This document shows, in pieces, positions 47,407-56,419 of a stretch of DNA of 64,000 nucleotides (position 1 is the stretch's first letter; every line of letters starts with the position of its first letter). Origin of the DNA: a virus; the IMG/VR virus record IMGVR_UViG_3300021406_000012, positions 13,962-77,961 of that record. One strand, given 5' to 3'. Under the pieces are notes generated by a model. It was not told the DNA's origin and ran no database searches. It was given only the letters and a program-made list of their open reading frames with translations. Both the position numbers and the translations under genes were made by a program.

Positions 47407-47678
47407 TTCAGTTGCTCCTTTAGCTTGTTGAGGCCCCTGGCCCGGTCAGGGTCTTCGGCGGGCGGCTCGTCATCGAGCTTCCAAGTCGGCGGCAGCTTGA
47501 CGATCTCGACCTTCCAGTCGTGGTCTTGCTCCTCGGCCCGATGGACGAGGGGCTGCGGCGCATAGGCGGTGAAGCAGCGTTGCGGAAAAGGGTAGTGCCA
47601 GATGCTGTGCATGCGACATGCGGCGGCCGGGTCCGTCGCCAGTGTGATGGCGATCACAGCCAGGGCCGCGCGCCTCAT
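47403..47678 (-). CDS. Small exported protein
   Basis: Signal-like N-terminus; C...SIWHYPFPQRC. Confidence 0.6.
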   Translation of the reverse strand: MRRAALAVIAITLATDPAAACRMHSIWHYPFPQRCFTAYAPQPLVHRAEEQDHDWKVEIVKLPPTWKLDDEPPAEDPDRARGLNKLKEQLK

Positions 47679-48205
47679 GCTCCACCTAGAACTTCGAGAA
47701 CCTGGGCGAACGAATGATTCCCCTCTTGCACATTGCCGTGCGTCTTCTCCAGCCACTCGCCCGTGTCCATCATGTACGGGGGGATCAGCACGAGGTCGCT
47801 GCCGTCGTTCTTGACGCGGACGAGGCCGACGAATCCGGTGCGCCGGATCAGCCACGCCCGCAGCGCGGGATCGCGATGGGCGTCAGGAAATTTCGGATCA
47901 ACCCAGATCTGGACGGCGGGGATTTTGATCTCGCCGAGCTTGGGGTCCTGTGCCGTGACGAAGTCGGGCATGACATCGATTACATAGCCGGATCGATCCG
48001 GGCGGCGCAGATCGCCCGTGTCTTCGCCTTGCAGCCAAATGCAATTCCATAGGCCGCACTCCCACGGAAACCCTTTCTCGGGCTTGTGATAGACTTGGCA
48101 GCCTGAGTGGCGCTGGAATTTGCAGCGCGTGTTCGCTGGCTTGTTGACGCCCTTTACGGGCAACAATCGACAGCACAACGAACATGATCCGCATGTTCTG
48201 TTCAT
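47675..48205 (-). CDS. CxxCxxCC (YkgJ-like) metal-cluster protein
   Basis: CGSCSLCC...C...GCQVY...EC..WNC.W. Confidence 0.75.
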   Translation of the reverse strand: MNRTCGSCSLCCRLLPVKGVNKPANTRCKFQRHSGCQVYHKPEKGFPWECGLWNCIWLQGEDTGDLRRPDRSGYVIDVMPDFVTAQDPKLGEIKIPAVQIWVDPKFPDAHRDPALRAWLIRRTGFVGLVRVKNDGSDLVLIPPYMMDTGEWLEKTHGNVQEGNHSFAQVLEVLGGA

Positions 48206-48245
48206 CGACTCATCCTTCTTGAGGGCTAGGCGCGCCCCCGGTAGC

Positions 48246-48770
48246 TCACTCGCTGATATCGCCGAGCATGACGCCGCGAAAGGCGTCGTGGCGCGCTGGG
48301 ACGCAATTGCAGAAGTCGAGCATCGGCATGATCTGCTGAGCCTCCATCATAGCCTGCGGCGCCTGCGAGTTCAGCGCGTTCATCAATCGCCGCTGCGTCG
48401 CCTCATCCATCTGTCTGGCGACCAGAGGCCTACCCACGCCCACCGTCAGAGGCCCGCCGGCCCCGCCGCCAGTGACCATGATCTGCGGCGGCATTTCGGT
48501 GATGTACCGCCGCGCCAAGAGATCGCGCTCCAGGCGATGGCGCATCTCCTGCGCATGAATCTGGGCTTGAAGCCGCCTGTTCTCGTCGAGCAGCTCATCG
48601 ACCCGGCGTTCCTCGTCGAGTAGCTCATCGACTCGGCGTTCCAGCGCATCGATCCTCGCATCGTACTCGGCGAGACTGAGCGTCGGCTCTGGCTCCGGGT
48701 CCGGTCTCGGCCCCTCAAACCGGGCGAGTATCGCGGTCGAAACGAACGCGAGCATGTCTGTGAGTGTCAT
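48246..48770 (-). CDS. Coiled-coil hypothetical protein
   Basis: RRVDELLDE tandem duplication. Confidence 0.65.
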   Translation of the reverse strand: MTLTDMLAFVSTAILARFEGPRPDPEPEPTLSLAEYDARIDALERRVDELLDEERRVDELLDENRRLQAQIHAQEMRHRLERDLLARRYITEMPPQIMVTGGGAGGPLTVGVGRPLVARQMDEATQRRLMNALNSQAPQAMMEAQQIMPMLDFCNCVPARHDAFRGVMLGDISE

Positions 48771-49027
48771 TAGGCCTCTCCCTCTTCAAACAGATCCATC
48801 GTCTGCGGGACGACGAACTTCGACTTCACGCCTAGCGCATCGAACTCGTTCCATTCCAGGCGCATGAAGGCATCTCCGGCAGGCTCGCCTCGCGCCTTGG
48901 GGATCGTGCAATAGGCCTGAATCCCCCAGCTCTTCACCGTATTGACCACGAGGATACAGCGGAACCAGTGCGCCGGTCCGTCCTCGTTAACTTGAATCAG
49001 GTCACCTTCCGAAACCTCTTTGCGCAT
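48770..49027 (-). CDS. Hypothetical protein (GDLIQV...KSWGIQAY)
   Basis: Coupled ORF. Confidence 0.7.
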   Translation of the reverse strand: MRKEVSEGDLIQVNEDGPAHWFRCILVVNTVKSWGIQAYCTIPKARGEPAGDAFMRLEWNEFDALGVKSKFVVPQTMDLFEEGEA

Positions 49028-49229
49028 TGGGCGCGTCCTTCAGCTGTCGTTCCTCCAGCGCGTCGAGCCGCGCTATCAGCCATCCAATCTCCCGGCGATA
49101 TTCCCGGATCGCGTTCAGCGTTAGGGTGACGTTCTTCTTCGTCTTGAGCGCGTACCAAGCGCCGAGCCCTACGGCGATCAGGATCACGATCTGCATCACG
49201 GCAGTGGCGAGTTGGAGCCACGCGATCAT
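49002..49229 (-). CDS. Small membrane-anchored protein
   Basis: N-terminal transmembrane segment; ATGA coupling. Confidence 0.55.
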   Translation of the reverse strand: MIAWLQLATAVMQIVILIAVGLGAWYALKTKKNVTLTLNAIREYRREIGWLIARLDALEERQLKDAPNAQRGFGR

Positions 49230-49438
49230 TGGATCGACTCGATCCATCGGATGACCGCAGGCGAATCATCGCTCATGGCGTGCATTGTACCGGCCAAGAT
49301 CTGAGCGTGGTGGACCTTCATGTCCTGCCGGCGGTTGACCTCGATGCCGATCAGGCTGACCGCGTGCTGGAGATCCCCGGCGCGCGCCAGCTCCAAGGCG
49401 CGCCTCTTCAGATCGGCGAGCCACTCCTCCTTGGTCAC
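49226..49438 (-). CDS. Hypothetical protein
   Basis: GTGA-coupled to recT. Confidence 0.65.
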   Translation of the reverse strand: MTKEEWLADLKRRALELARAGDLQHAVSLIGIEVNRRQDMKVHHAQILAGTMHAMSDDSPAVIRWIESIQ

Positions 49439-50676
49439 CGCGCGCCCACCTTGTCGGCGACGTTGCGCCATGCCTTGAGCTGGGCCAGGGAGATCCGCGC
49501 CATTTCATCTGGGGGTAATTCGTTTACCCACCGCTCCAGCTCGGGACGGCCTTTCTTGGCCATGTCCGCGCCGCGCTCTTCGACCGGCGGCGTCAGGAGA
49601 TCGGGGGCGGAACCACCGGGAGCCGGCGCGGGGGTTTGCGATGCTCCCGGTGGCGCCTGTGAGCCGGGAGAGTGGCGCCCTTCCGGCTCTGGCGGCGCGC
49701 GGTGCGAAGGCGCGCCATCCGGGGCGGGGGGGATCTCCGCCCTGGATTCGAGAGGTTGCGCGGCCCCCTCGTCTCCGGCGCCTACTCCGGAGATGTCATG
49801 GGGGGCCGCGCGTTCCTGCGACAGGGGAGTCGACACCCGGTCAGCAGAACCAAATTCACCAGTCTCGGGATCGACTCCGACGAGAAGCTCTAGGCGGTCA
49901 TCGAGTACGCTCGGCGCTTGAATACGGTCGGCGCGATCTCGCTCGACATTATATAGCTCATCGTCGCGCGATAACAAACCCATGATGTCGCTGGACATCG
50001 GCAGCTGCTTGGCGTGCCTCCTCGCGATCGTCTTTTTCGCCATCTCGTCGAAGCTCTTGCGCCATGCGGGCGAGAACTCGCCCTTGCGGTTCTTCCGCGC
50101 ATACGTGTCGCGCACCAGCTCGACCTCGGCGCGCGTCATGACGTCCCGGCTTTTGTCGCCGCCTCTGATTTTGGCGACCGAATAGACGTGGGTCAGGAGC
50201 CCGTGGTCGAGATGCCGGCGCAGGCGCTTGTTGTAATCCTCGTCGGTTTCGCCGTCGGCGCGCACCAGCTCCGGCGCCATGTAGGGCTTGTGCTTGATGA
50301 ACGGATCATCGCCCAGCTCGTAGTCGAAGAAGTCTTTGGCGTGGACCGCCGTAACGTCCCAGCTGGTCACCTCGCCAGAGCGGCGGACCTTCTTCCGGAC
50401 GCCCGCCACCATTGGCATCCATGTCACTTGGCCGTCGAAGGGCACGAGCGCGCCGTCGTGGCCGTCAGGCAGGAGCCCATCGCTCGCCGCCTTCATGGCC
50501 GCGTTCATCAGGCTGCGCCGATTGCAGTTGAGCAGATTGGGGTCGAGGTTGATCGCCGTCATGATGACGCGGACGAACTTCTTGGGATCGACGCCAGACC
50601 CGGTTAGCGCCGCCTCGAACTGGGTCATCCGCTGGCCCAGCTCCTGCGGGATCGTAAGTTCCTTAGACTCCGCCAT
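49435..50676 (-). CDS. recT: RecT-family single-strand annealing recombinase
   Basis: LLNC...SL..A...A..GL.PDG...LVPF...W...FDEMAKKT..RR.AK.LPMS. Confidence 0.92.
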   Translation of the reverse strand: MAESKELTIPQELGQRMTQFEAALTGSGVDPKKFVRVIMTAINLDPNLLNCNRRSLMNAAMKAASDGLLPDGHDGALVPFDGQVTWMPMVAGVRKKVRRSGEVTSWDVTAVHAKDFFDYELGDDPFIKHKPYMAPELVRADGETDEDYNKRLRRHLDHGLLTHVYSVAKIRGGDKSRDVMTRAEVELVRDTYARKNRKGEFSPAWRKSFDEMAKKTIARRHAKQLPMSSDIMGLLSRDDELYNVERDRADRIQAPSVLDDRLELLVGVDPETGEFGSADRVSTPLSQERAAPHDISGVGAGDEGAAQPLESRAEIPPAPDGAPSHRAPPEPEGRHSPGSQAPPGASQTPAPAPGGSAPDLLTPPVEERGADMAKKGRPELERWVNELPPDEMARISLAQLKAWRNVADKVGAR

Positions 50677-51616
50677 CGTCGGTCCCTTTCACCGTGACCT
50701 GGGGGTATTGCGTTGCCTTCACGGTATATGATTTCTTCTTCACCACCTTCACCGACACAATGCGCGAGCCGCAGCGCGCGCCAGGAGCGTTGGCCAGCTT
50801 CATCATGATCCGCGCGTCGAGGATCTTGCGCTGATCCGTGGCGTCGGAGCCCGCTTTCTCGACTTGCTTGAGCTGCGCTCTGTCGTTCAGGATCTCGCGG
50901 AACTCGACGTCTGGCGTGAGATCGATGATCGGCCCGGTGCCCTCCTCGTAGAGATCGAAGACCACCTTGCGGTCGCGGCCGAAGTCCGGATCGTAGGGGT
51001 CTCCCTCGGCCACCCGGCGCCATAGCTCGCCGGTCAGATCCTCGATCTTGTGGATAAGGTGCGGCTTGAGCGGGATGTCGATGTAGACGACCTCGATGCC
51101 GCCATCGCCCAGCTTCATCGCGGCCACGCCGGCCCAGATGGCGCCGGTCAGATAGGCCTCAATCGAGGCCTGGACGGCCACCCAGGTGGGCACCGCGATG
51201 TTGCCATGCTCGTCATGCCAGCGGCGCTTGAACGCGAACTGGCCGACGGTTTTGATCTGCACGATGCCAGCACCCCCATAGGCGGCGTCCTCTGGCCGGA
51301 CCGCCCGAGCGTCCGGCGTGCAGCCGATCCGGGTCTCGTCGTCCCAGAAATAGTGGTCGCTCTTGTCGAGCTTCCAGCTCGGATAATCCTCGCGCAGGAT
51401 GTCGACGACGACCGGCTCAAACCGGCGCCCGCGCCGGAGCGTCGGGCTGTCCTCCTCATCGGGGAGCTTGCCGCTCTTCGCCGCCCAGAGCTTGTAAGGC
51501 GTCCAATAGGGATGGATATCCGGTCCGAATAGCCCCGCCGCTTCGGAAGCATTTACATTCTGCCGACGCCGCGCGAGCCATTCTTCGCGATTTGTGTTGG
51601 GCCAGCTGTGGATCAT
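50663..51616 (-). CDS. YqaJ/lambda-exonuclease-family protein
   Basis: REEWLARRR...ASE...G...EP...TPD...QIKT. Confidence 0.9.
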   Translation of the reverse strand: MIHSWPNTNREEWLARRRQNVNASEAAGLFGPDIHPYWTPYKLWAAKSGKLPDEEDSPTLRRGRRFEPVVVDILREDYPSWKLDKSDHYFWDDETRIGCTPDARAVRPEDAAYGGAGIVQIKTVGQFAFKRRWHDEHGNIAVPTWVAVQASIEAYLTGAIWAGVAAMKLGDGGIEVVYIDIPLKPHLIHKIEDLTGELWRRVAEGDPYDPDFGRDRKVVFDLYEEGTGPIIDLTPDVEFREILNDRAQLKQVEKAGSDATDQRKILDARIMMKLANAPGARCGSRIVSVKVVKKKSYTVKATQYPQVTVKGTDDGGV

Positions 51617-51906
51617 GCGCGGCCCTGTACCTCGGGCTGGCCCTCGAACCGGGCGATCATCTCCTTGAACAGCGTCACGATGTCCTTGCGGTCAGCGCCG
51701 TTGCTGATGAAGTTCGCGCGTCCCTCGTGATCGGCGAAGGGAAACACGAGAAGGACGAATCCGGTCTTGCGGTCCTTGCCCTTGGCTTTGCCGTTGAACA
51801 TCTCATCGAGAGCGCCCGCCATCGCGTTCATCATCTCGATGTATTCGGGCTCGATCGGCCCGTCGCCGAGTGAATGCTTAACCATCGGCCTTCTCCGATA
51901 TTTCAT
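51613..51906 (-). CDS. Hypothetical phage protein (GFVLLVFPF...NFISN)
   Basis: Coupled ORF. Confidence 0.7.
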   Translation of the reverse strand: MKYRRRPMVKHSLGDGPIEPEYIEMMNAMAGALDEMFNGKAKGKDRKTGFVLLVFPFADHEGRANFISNGADRKDIVTLFKEMIARFEGQPEVQGRA

Positions 51907-52220
51907 CGCTGGAAGACCGTGACGCGGATAAAGGAATCCGGCCCGCGCGTGCGCCGGACCCAATCGGCGAAGCTCTCGCCCTCCGGACAGAAGCCGTGGA
52001 TGAAGTGCTCTTCGTTGCAGCGCTTGATCTCTGCGAGGCCGCGCTCCGCGCACTTGGGACAATAGGAATAGGACCCGAACATGAAGCCGCCGCTCTCCGG
52101 CCGGTTCGTCCAATCCTGGCTGCAAATATCGCAGACGACTGTGGCGCCGATCAGAACCTTGGTTCCCGGCTCGGCGAAGGCCTTCGACCATTTGCCATGC
52201 AGATCGTCAGGTATTGTCAT
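51903..52220 (-). CDS. Zn-finger-like protein (CDIC...CPKC)
   Basis: Two CxxC pairs. Confidence 0.7.
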   Translation of the reverse strand: MTIPDDLHGKWSKAFAEPGTKVLIGATVVCDICSQDWTNRPESGGFMFGSYSYCPKCAERGLAEIKRCNEEHFIHGFCPEGESFADWVRRTRGPDSFIRVTVFQR

Positions 52221-52641
52221 CGACCTTCACCGCGCGCGTTTTCTGGTTGACGAGGTATTTCCGGACCGCCGCCCGATGCCCGATTTCGGCGTCGTCCCAA
52301 GACGAATAACGCTCCTGACAGAGCGTCTCGGGGACTGGCTCCGGCGGGCCGCCGCAGAAGCTCATCGTCCGGCCCTCTTGCTGGAAAGCCATGGTCTCGA
52401 ACAGAAGCGGCGGCCCCTTGCCCAAGTGCCAGCGATGATCGAGGCCCATGAACACCGTCGAAACCCACTTAGTCGCGTTGCCGCTCCACCAGAGGCTTCG
52501 ATGCGCCGGCTCCTCCAGCCACTGGCCCCATTTGCGCATGCTGTAGCAGGGGACCGGCGTGTGCCCGTCCTTGCCGCCAAGGATGTACTGGCCCAGCCAT
52601 GGAAGGTCAGGAAAATCATCCAGCATGCGCCGCTTCGGCAT
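52207..52641 (-). CDS. Hypothetical phage protein (VSTVFMGLDH...PLLFETM)
   Basis: Recognisable small phage family pattern. Confidence 0.7.
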   Translation of the reverse strand: MPKRRMLDDFPDLPWLGQYILGGKDGHTPVPCYSMRKWGQWLEEPAHRSLWWSGNATKWVSTVFMGLDHRWHLGKGPPLLFETMAFQQEGRTMSFCGGPPEPVPETLCQERYSSWDDAEIGHRAAVRKYLVNQKTRAVKVDDNT

Positions 52642-52975
52642 CGTTTAGGCTCCACAATCCACCGTCCGAGCGGATCTTCCCCTCTTTCCGCCACTTGGCG
52701 ATCAGGCCGTTCAGCGAAGATTCGGCGAACCCGGCAATCCCGAGCGCCTGTCGCAGCTCGCCCCAGCGCTTAGGTCCAGTCTTCAGGGCGCCGTGGAGGA
52801 TTTCGCCTGACGACACATAAATACCCACCGCTGCCTTTTTGGGCGGCTCGATCGCTGCAACCTCCTCGACCGGCCAGACCTTCAGGTCCGGGTCCCACTG
52901 GGCGCCCTTGAACGCGGCATCGATGATGGCGGCCAGACGGTCCCCGCTGACTGTCACCTGAATGCGGTATTTCAT
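52616..52975 (-). CDS. First gene of the leftward operon; C-terminal wHTH-like segment
   Basis: AGGAG RBS before MKYRIQV. Confidence 0.65.
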   Translation of the reverse strand: MKYRIQVTVSGDRLAAIIDAAFKGAQWDPDLKVWPVEEVAAIEPPKKAAVGIYVSSGEILHGALKTGPKRWGELRQALGIAGFAESSLNGLIAKWRKEGKIRSDGGLWSLNDAEAAHAG

Positions 52976-53131
52976 TTTCGACTCCTGCGGGGGACGACCC
53001 TGACTGGGGCCGCCCCCCGACCTCCCGTGGATCGGCCAGCTATTGGCGCGCGCCTTAGCGGCCTGCCTCGCTGCCGTTCCCGACGCCAGCGCTCGATTCG
53101 GCCGAACAGCTAACCGATGGGCGAATCCATC

Positions 53132-53179
53132 TTGCAGAACGTGCAAGACGCGGTCAAATGGAATTTGCATCGACCGCAA
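53132..53179. promoter_or_regulatory. Tandem TTGCA-N5-TGCAA boxes (copies 6 and 7) in the divergent early control region
   Basis: TTGCAgaacgTGCAA 53132-53146; TTGCAtcgacCGCAA 53165-53179, which overlaps a TTGCAT-18-TATCCT promoter. Confidence 0.75.
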
Positions 53180-53200
53180 CTCGCGCGCTATCCTGCGGCG

Positions 53201-53428
53201 ATGCGCTTGAGCGAATATCTGGCCAAGAACGAAATGAACCCCGAGCAATTCGCGGCGAAGGTGGGCGTCCACCCGACCACGATCTATCGACTGCTCTCGG
53301 GCGCGACCATCCCCAAGCGCCAAAACCTTAAGAAAATCATGGCGGCGACCGAGGGCGAGGTCGATATCAGTGATCTGATGTTTGCTGTCTCCTCCCAGTC
53401 GAAACCCGATGCCAAGGAGGCAGTATGA
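53201..53428 (+). CDS. Cro/XRE-family HTH regulator, probably leaderless
   Basis: EQFAAKVGVHPTTIYRLLSGATIP...I..ATEGEV; no RBS; ATG 6 nt after the -10. Confidence 0.85.
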   Translation: MRLSEYLAKNEMNPEQFAAKVGVHPTTIYRLLSGATIPKRQNLKKIMAATEGEVDISDLMFAVSSQSKPDAKEAV

Positions 53429-53865
53429 CCGAGCGACCGAACGGGCCAACCCAAGAGGAAACAGAGGAAGTCGTCCAAGCGATCGAGGGGTACATGGCGG
53501 ACCTTCAGTCCGAGAAATCCCTCTATATGTCCCGGTGCAAGCCGATCCACGAGGCGATCAAGGACACCATCGAGGATGCGGTCAAAACCAAGGGGTTCGA
53601 CAAAAAAGCGTTGAAGGTGGGCGTCAAGCAGCGCGAATTTCTCCGCAAAATGGAGAAGCTTGAAAACGAGCTGGACGAGGTCACCCAGCACGCGCTCGAC
53701 AGGCTCCAGCTCCACCTCGGGACGTTCGTTGATTCGCCGCTCGGCAGGGCGGCCATGGATGCGGCAAGGGCTGGCACGGTGCGGCGCCCGCGTAAGAGGC
53801 GCGATCCCATCGAGGAGCTGGTGCGCGAGGACGAGCCGCCGGAAGACGCCGCCGCCGCCGAATAG
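53425..53865 (+). CDS. GapR/DUF2312-like DNA-binding protein
   Basis: IKD...A.KTKGFDKKALK...R...LG.F.DSPLGRAA. Confidence 0.62.
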   Translation: MTERPNGPTQEETEEVVQAIEGYMADLQSEKSLYMSRCKPIHEAIKDTIEDAVKTKGFDKKALKVGVKQREFLRKMEKLENELDEVTQHALDRLQLHLGTFVDSPLGRAAMDAARAGTVRRPRKRRDPIEELVREDEPPEDAAAAE

Positions 53866-53874
53866 CTGGCGGCC

Positions 53875-54432
53875 ATGCCCAAAATCCTCGCCATCGATGC
53901 GGCGACGCAATGCGGCCTTGCTTCCGGCGAGGCCGGAGAAATTCCACGGCTCGGAACCGAACAGTTTGGGGATAGCGGGGACAACCAGCTGGAGGTTGGC
54001 GCCCGGTGCTTGAGATGGATCGCCCATCGGCTGACAGATGACCGTCCGGATGAAATTTGGATGGAGGAACCGTTGCCGTTTGGGGGGAAGGAAGGCCAAT
54101 CGAGCGCGGCGTCCCGCCTCCGGCTTACCGGGCTCGTCATGGTCATCGGCTCAGCCGCGCGCCTCAAGGGCGTGCCCGTACACATGGTCCGGATCACGAC
54201 GGCCCGCAAAGGCTTCATCGGCCATGGCGGGCTGAAGCGCGAGATCGCCAAGAGACGCTCGCGCGCCATGTGCCGGTTGCTCGGCTGGAACCCGATGAAC
54301 GACGACGAGGCGGACGCGGGCTGCATCTTCTGGTTCGCCAGCCTCGCCCACGGCAAGGCGCCGCTGATCTCGAAACTGATGCACAAGCAGTGCGTCGAGG
54401 TTGTTCCGTTCCGACGGCGGGTGGCCGCATGA
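53875..54432 (+). CDS. RuvC-like Holliday junction resolvase
   Basis: ILAID...MEEP...G.G...R...DDEADA. Confidence 0.8.
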   Translation: MPKILAIDAATQCGLASGEAGEIPRLGTEQFGDSGDNQLEVGARCLRWIAHRLTDDRPDEIWMEEPLPFGGKEGQSSAASRLRLTGLVMVIGSAARLKGVPVHMVRITTARKGFIGHGGLKREIAKRRSRAMCRLLGWNPMNDDEADAGCIFWFASLAHGKAPLISKLMHKQCVEVVPFRRRVAA

Positions 54433-54650
54433 TCGACGCCGAATGGCACGCCATGCGCAAACGCTATGAGGCGTTTCTCGCCACCGATCTGGGCAAGCTC
54501 TATCGCGCTTACGATCACGCGACCATCGACTATTGGCGGCGCGACGGCGACGACAGCATCTCCCCAGCGCGGCTAAGGGAGCTTGACCAGATCTGCCGGG
54601 AGAAGACCAACGCCTTCGTCGCCAAGCTGATGGAACTGGCGAATGTCTGA
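54429..54650 (+). CDS. Hypothetical protein
   Basis: Coupled ORF. Confidence 0.6.
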   Translation: MIDAEWHAMRKRYEAFLATDLGKLYRAYDHATIDYWRRDGDDSISPARLRELDQICREKTNAFVAKLMELANV

Positions 54651-54972
54651 CGCGCCCGTCATCGACCACAGGGCCGAAGAGGAGGAGGCCAAGGACCGGA
54701 AGCGCGAGGCGATGCTTTGCTTCATCCGCGACGTGCTCATCGAGAGCGCCTGCGGCCTACGCACCGGCTTCGAGGCCAATTCGTTCCTCTACTGCCAGAG
54801 CAAAGAGGGCAAGGCCCAGCTGAAGCGCGTCGTCGCCATGGAGGCGGCGGCCGACGTGTTCACGCACATCGTCGGCCAATGGCAGAATGTCGATCAGAAG
54901 CACCCGCGCCAAGACTGGGTGAAGACGATCGCCAAGCAGGCGATGGCGACGTTCATCGAGGCGTTCCGATGA
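54643..54972 (+). CDS. Hypothetical protein
   Basis: Coupled ORF. Confidence 0.65.
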   Translation: MSDAPVIDHRAEEEEAKDRKREAMLCFIRDVLIESACGLRTGFEANSFLYCQSKEGKAQLKRVVAMEAAADVFTHIVGQWQNVDQKHPRQDWVKTIAKQAMATFIEAFR

Positions 54973-55151
54973 CGATGCCCAAAGAGGTCTGGCAGTGGGA
55001 AAGCAGGCCACTGACGCGCAAGCAGGCTGAGCTATTCCAGCCACGCGGCGCGTCGCGCAAACCGTCCCAGGTCTACGACCGGGATGCGGTGAGGGAATAT
55101 CTGAGCGGCAAGATCAGCCGCGAGGAGATGCTGAGACGAATAAGAAGTTGA
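54969..55151 (+). CDS. Small hypothetical protein
   Basis: ATGA-coupled. Confidence 0.55.
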   Translation: MTMPKEVWQWESRPLTRKQAELFQPRGASRKPSQVYDRDAVREYLSGKISREEMLRRIRS

Positions 55152-55185
55152 ACTTAGCGCCCAATTCGGAAGGCGGACCGAGCGA

Positions 55186-56382
55186 ATGGCGCGTGCAAGT
55201 AGAGCCGAATGGGAGAACTGGATCGCGCTCGCTCGAACGCGGGACATCCATGACGTCGCCGTCGAGCATGGCGCGCACCTAAAGCGCGAGGGCCACGAAT
55301 GGATCGGCCCCTGCCCGATCTGCGGCGGCCGAGACCGCTTCGCCGTCAATCAGCAAAAGCGGATCTTCAATTGTCGAGGCGCCGGCGAAGGCACCTATGG
55401 CGCGGGCGACAACATCAATCTCGTGATGCATGTCGTCGGCTGCGACTTCATCGAGGCGGTCGAGCGCATCACCGGCACGCCGCGCCCGGATCGGACCCGC
55501 GACGAGAACGCGGACGAGCGCAAGAAACGAGAGCTACGGCACGCCGCGCTGGCGACCGAATATGCCCGCCGGGAGGCAGAAGAGCGGGCCGCGCTGGAGG
55601 CCAAGGCGGCGGCGGACGAGGCCAAGGTCGCCGACGTCATCAAGCGCGCCAAGCCGCTCGACGGGACAACCCACGCGGACGCTTACATGCGCGAGACGCG
55701 CGGCCTGACCCCGCCGCGTTGGCTCACGGGCGATCTCCGGTTTGTGGCGTCCCTTGATTATTGGGGGGCGGGCGACAACGGCTCCAACGAGCCCGTTCTC
55801 CTCGCCAGCGTACCAGCTCTGATCGCCATAATCCGAGACGCGCTCGGCGACGTCATCGGCATCTCCCAGACCTATCTCGACCCCAACGAGCCCCGGAAAT
55901 GGACGCCAACCGGGAGCCCGCGAAACAGCCCGAAGAAAATTCGCGGCAAGAAACACGGCGGCATGATCCGTCTCGGGCGTCCGGCCGAGACGATCGCGAT
56001 AGCGGAGGGCTGGGAGAATGCGCTCGCTTGGTATCAGCTCGGGCTCGGCCCCGAAGAGGTGATGCTGGCCGCCGCAGTCGACCTGGGGAACCTCGCCGGC
56101 CGCGCGACCGGCCAAATCGCCCATAAGACGCTAGTCGATCCGGAAGGGCGGCCCAGGCGTATGCCCAACGGCAAGCCAGACCCGAAGGCTCCAGGCCTCA
56201 TCCTGCCGCAGGGCATCCGCTCCGTGATCATCATCGCCGACACCGATTCCGAGAGCTACGCCACGGCAGGGCTTCTCGCGGTCGCGGTGCGCCGTTTCCA
56301 GGCGCAGGAACTCAACGTCGAGATCAGCTGGCCGCCGGCCGGCAAGGATTACAACCAAATTTTGCTGGAGGAGAGTCGATGA
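55186..56382 (+). CDS. DNA primase (Zn finger plus Toprim)
   Basis: GPCPICGGRDRF...FNCRG; IAEGWENAL; IIADTD; GKDYN. Confidence 0.88.
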   Translation: MARASRAEWENWIALARTRDIHDVAVEHGAHLKREGHEWIGPCPICGGRDRFAVNQQKRIFNCRGAGEGTYGAGDNINLVMHVVGCDFIEAVERITGTPRPDRTRDENADERKKRELRHAALATEYARREAEERAALEAKAAADEAKVADVIKRAKPLDGTTHADAYMRETRGLTPPRWLTGDLRFVASLDYWGAGDNGSNEPVLLASVPALIAIIRDALGDVIGISQTYLDPNEPRKWTPTGSPRNSPKKIRGKKHGGMIRLGRPAETIAIAEGWENALAWYQLGLGPEEVMLAAAVDLGNLAGRATGQIAHKTLVDPEGRPRRMPNGKPDPKAPGLILPQGIRSVIIIADTDSESYATAGLLAVAVRRFQAQELNVEISWPPAGKDYNQILLEESR

Positions 56383-56388
56383 GCCCAC

Positions 56389-56403
56389 TTGCACGAACTG
56401 CAA
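56389..56403. promoter_or_regulatory. TTGCA-N5-TGCAA box, copy 8
   Basis: TTGCAcgaacTGCAA in the gap between primase and helicase. Confidence 0.72.
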
Positions 56404-56419
56404 ATGCCGGGGTAGGCTC

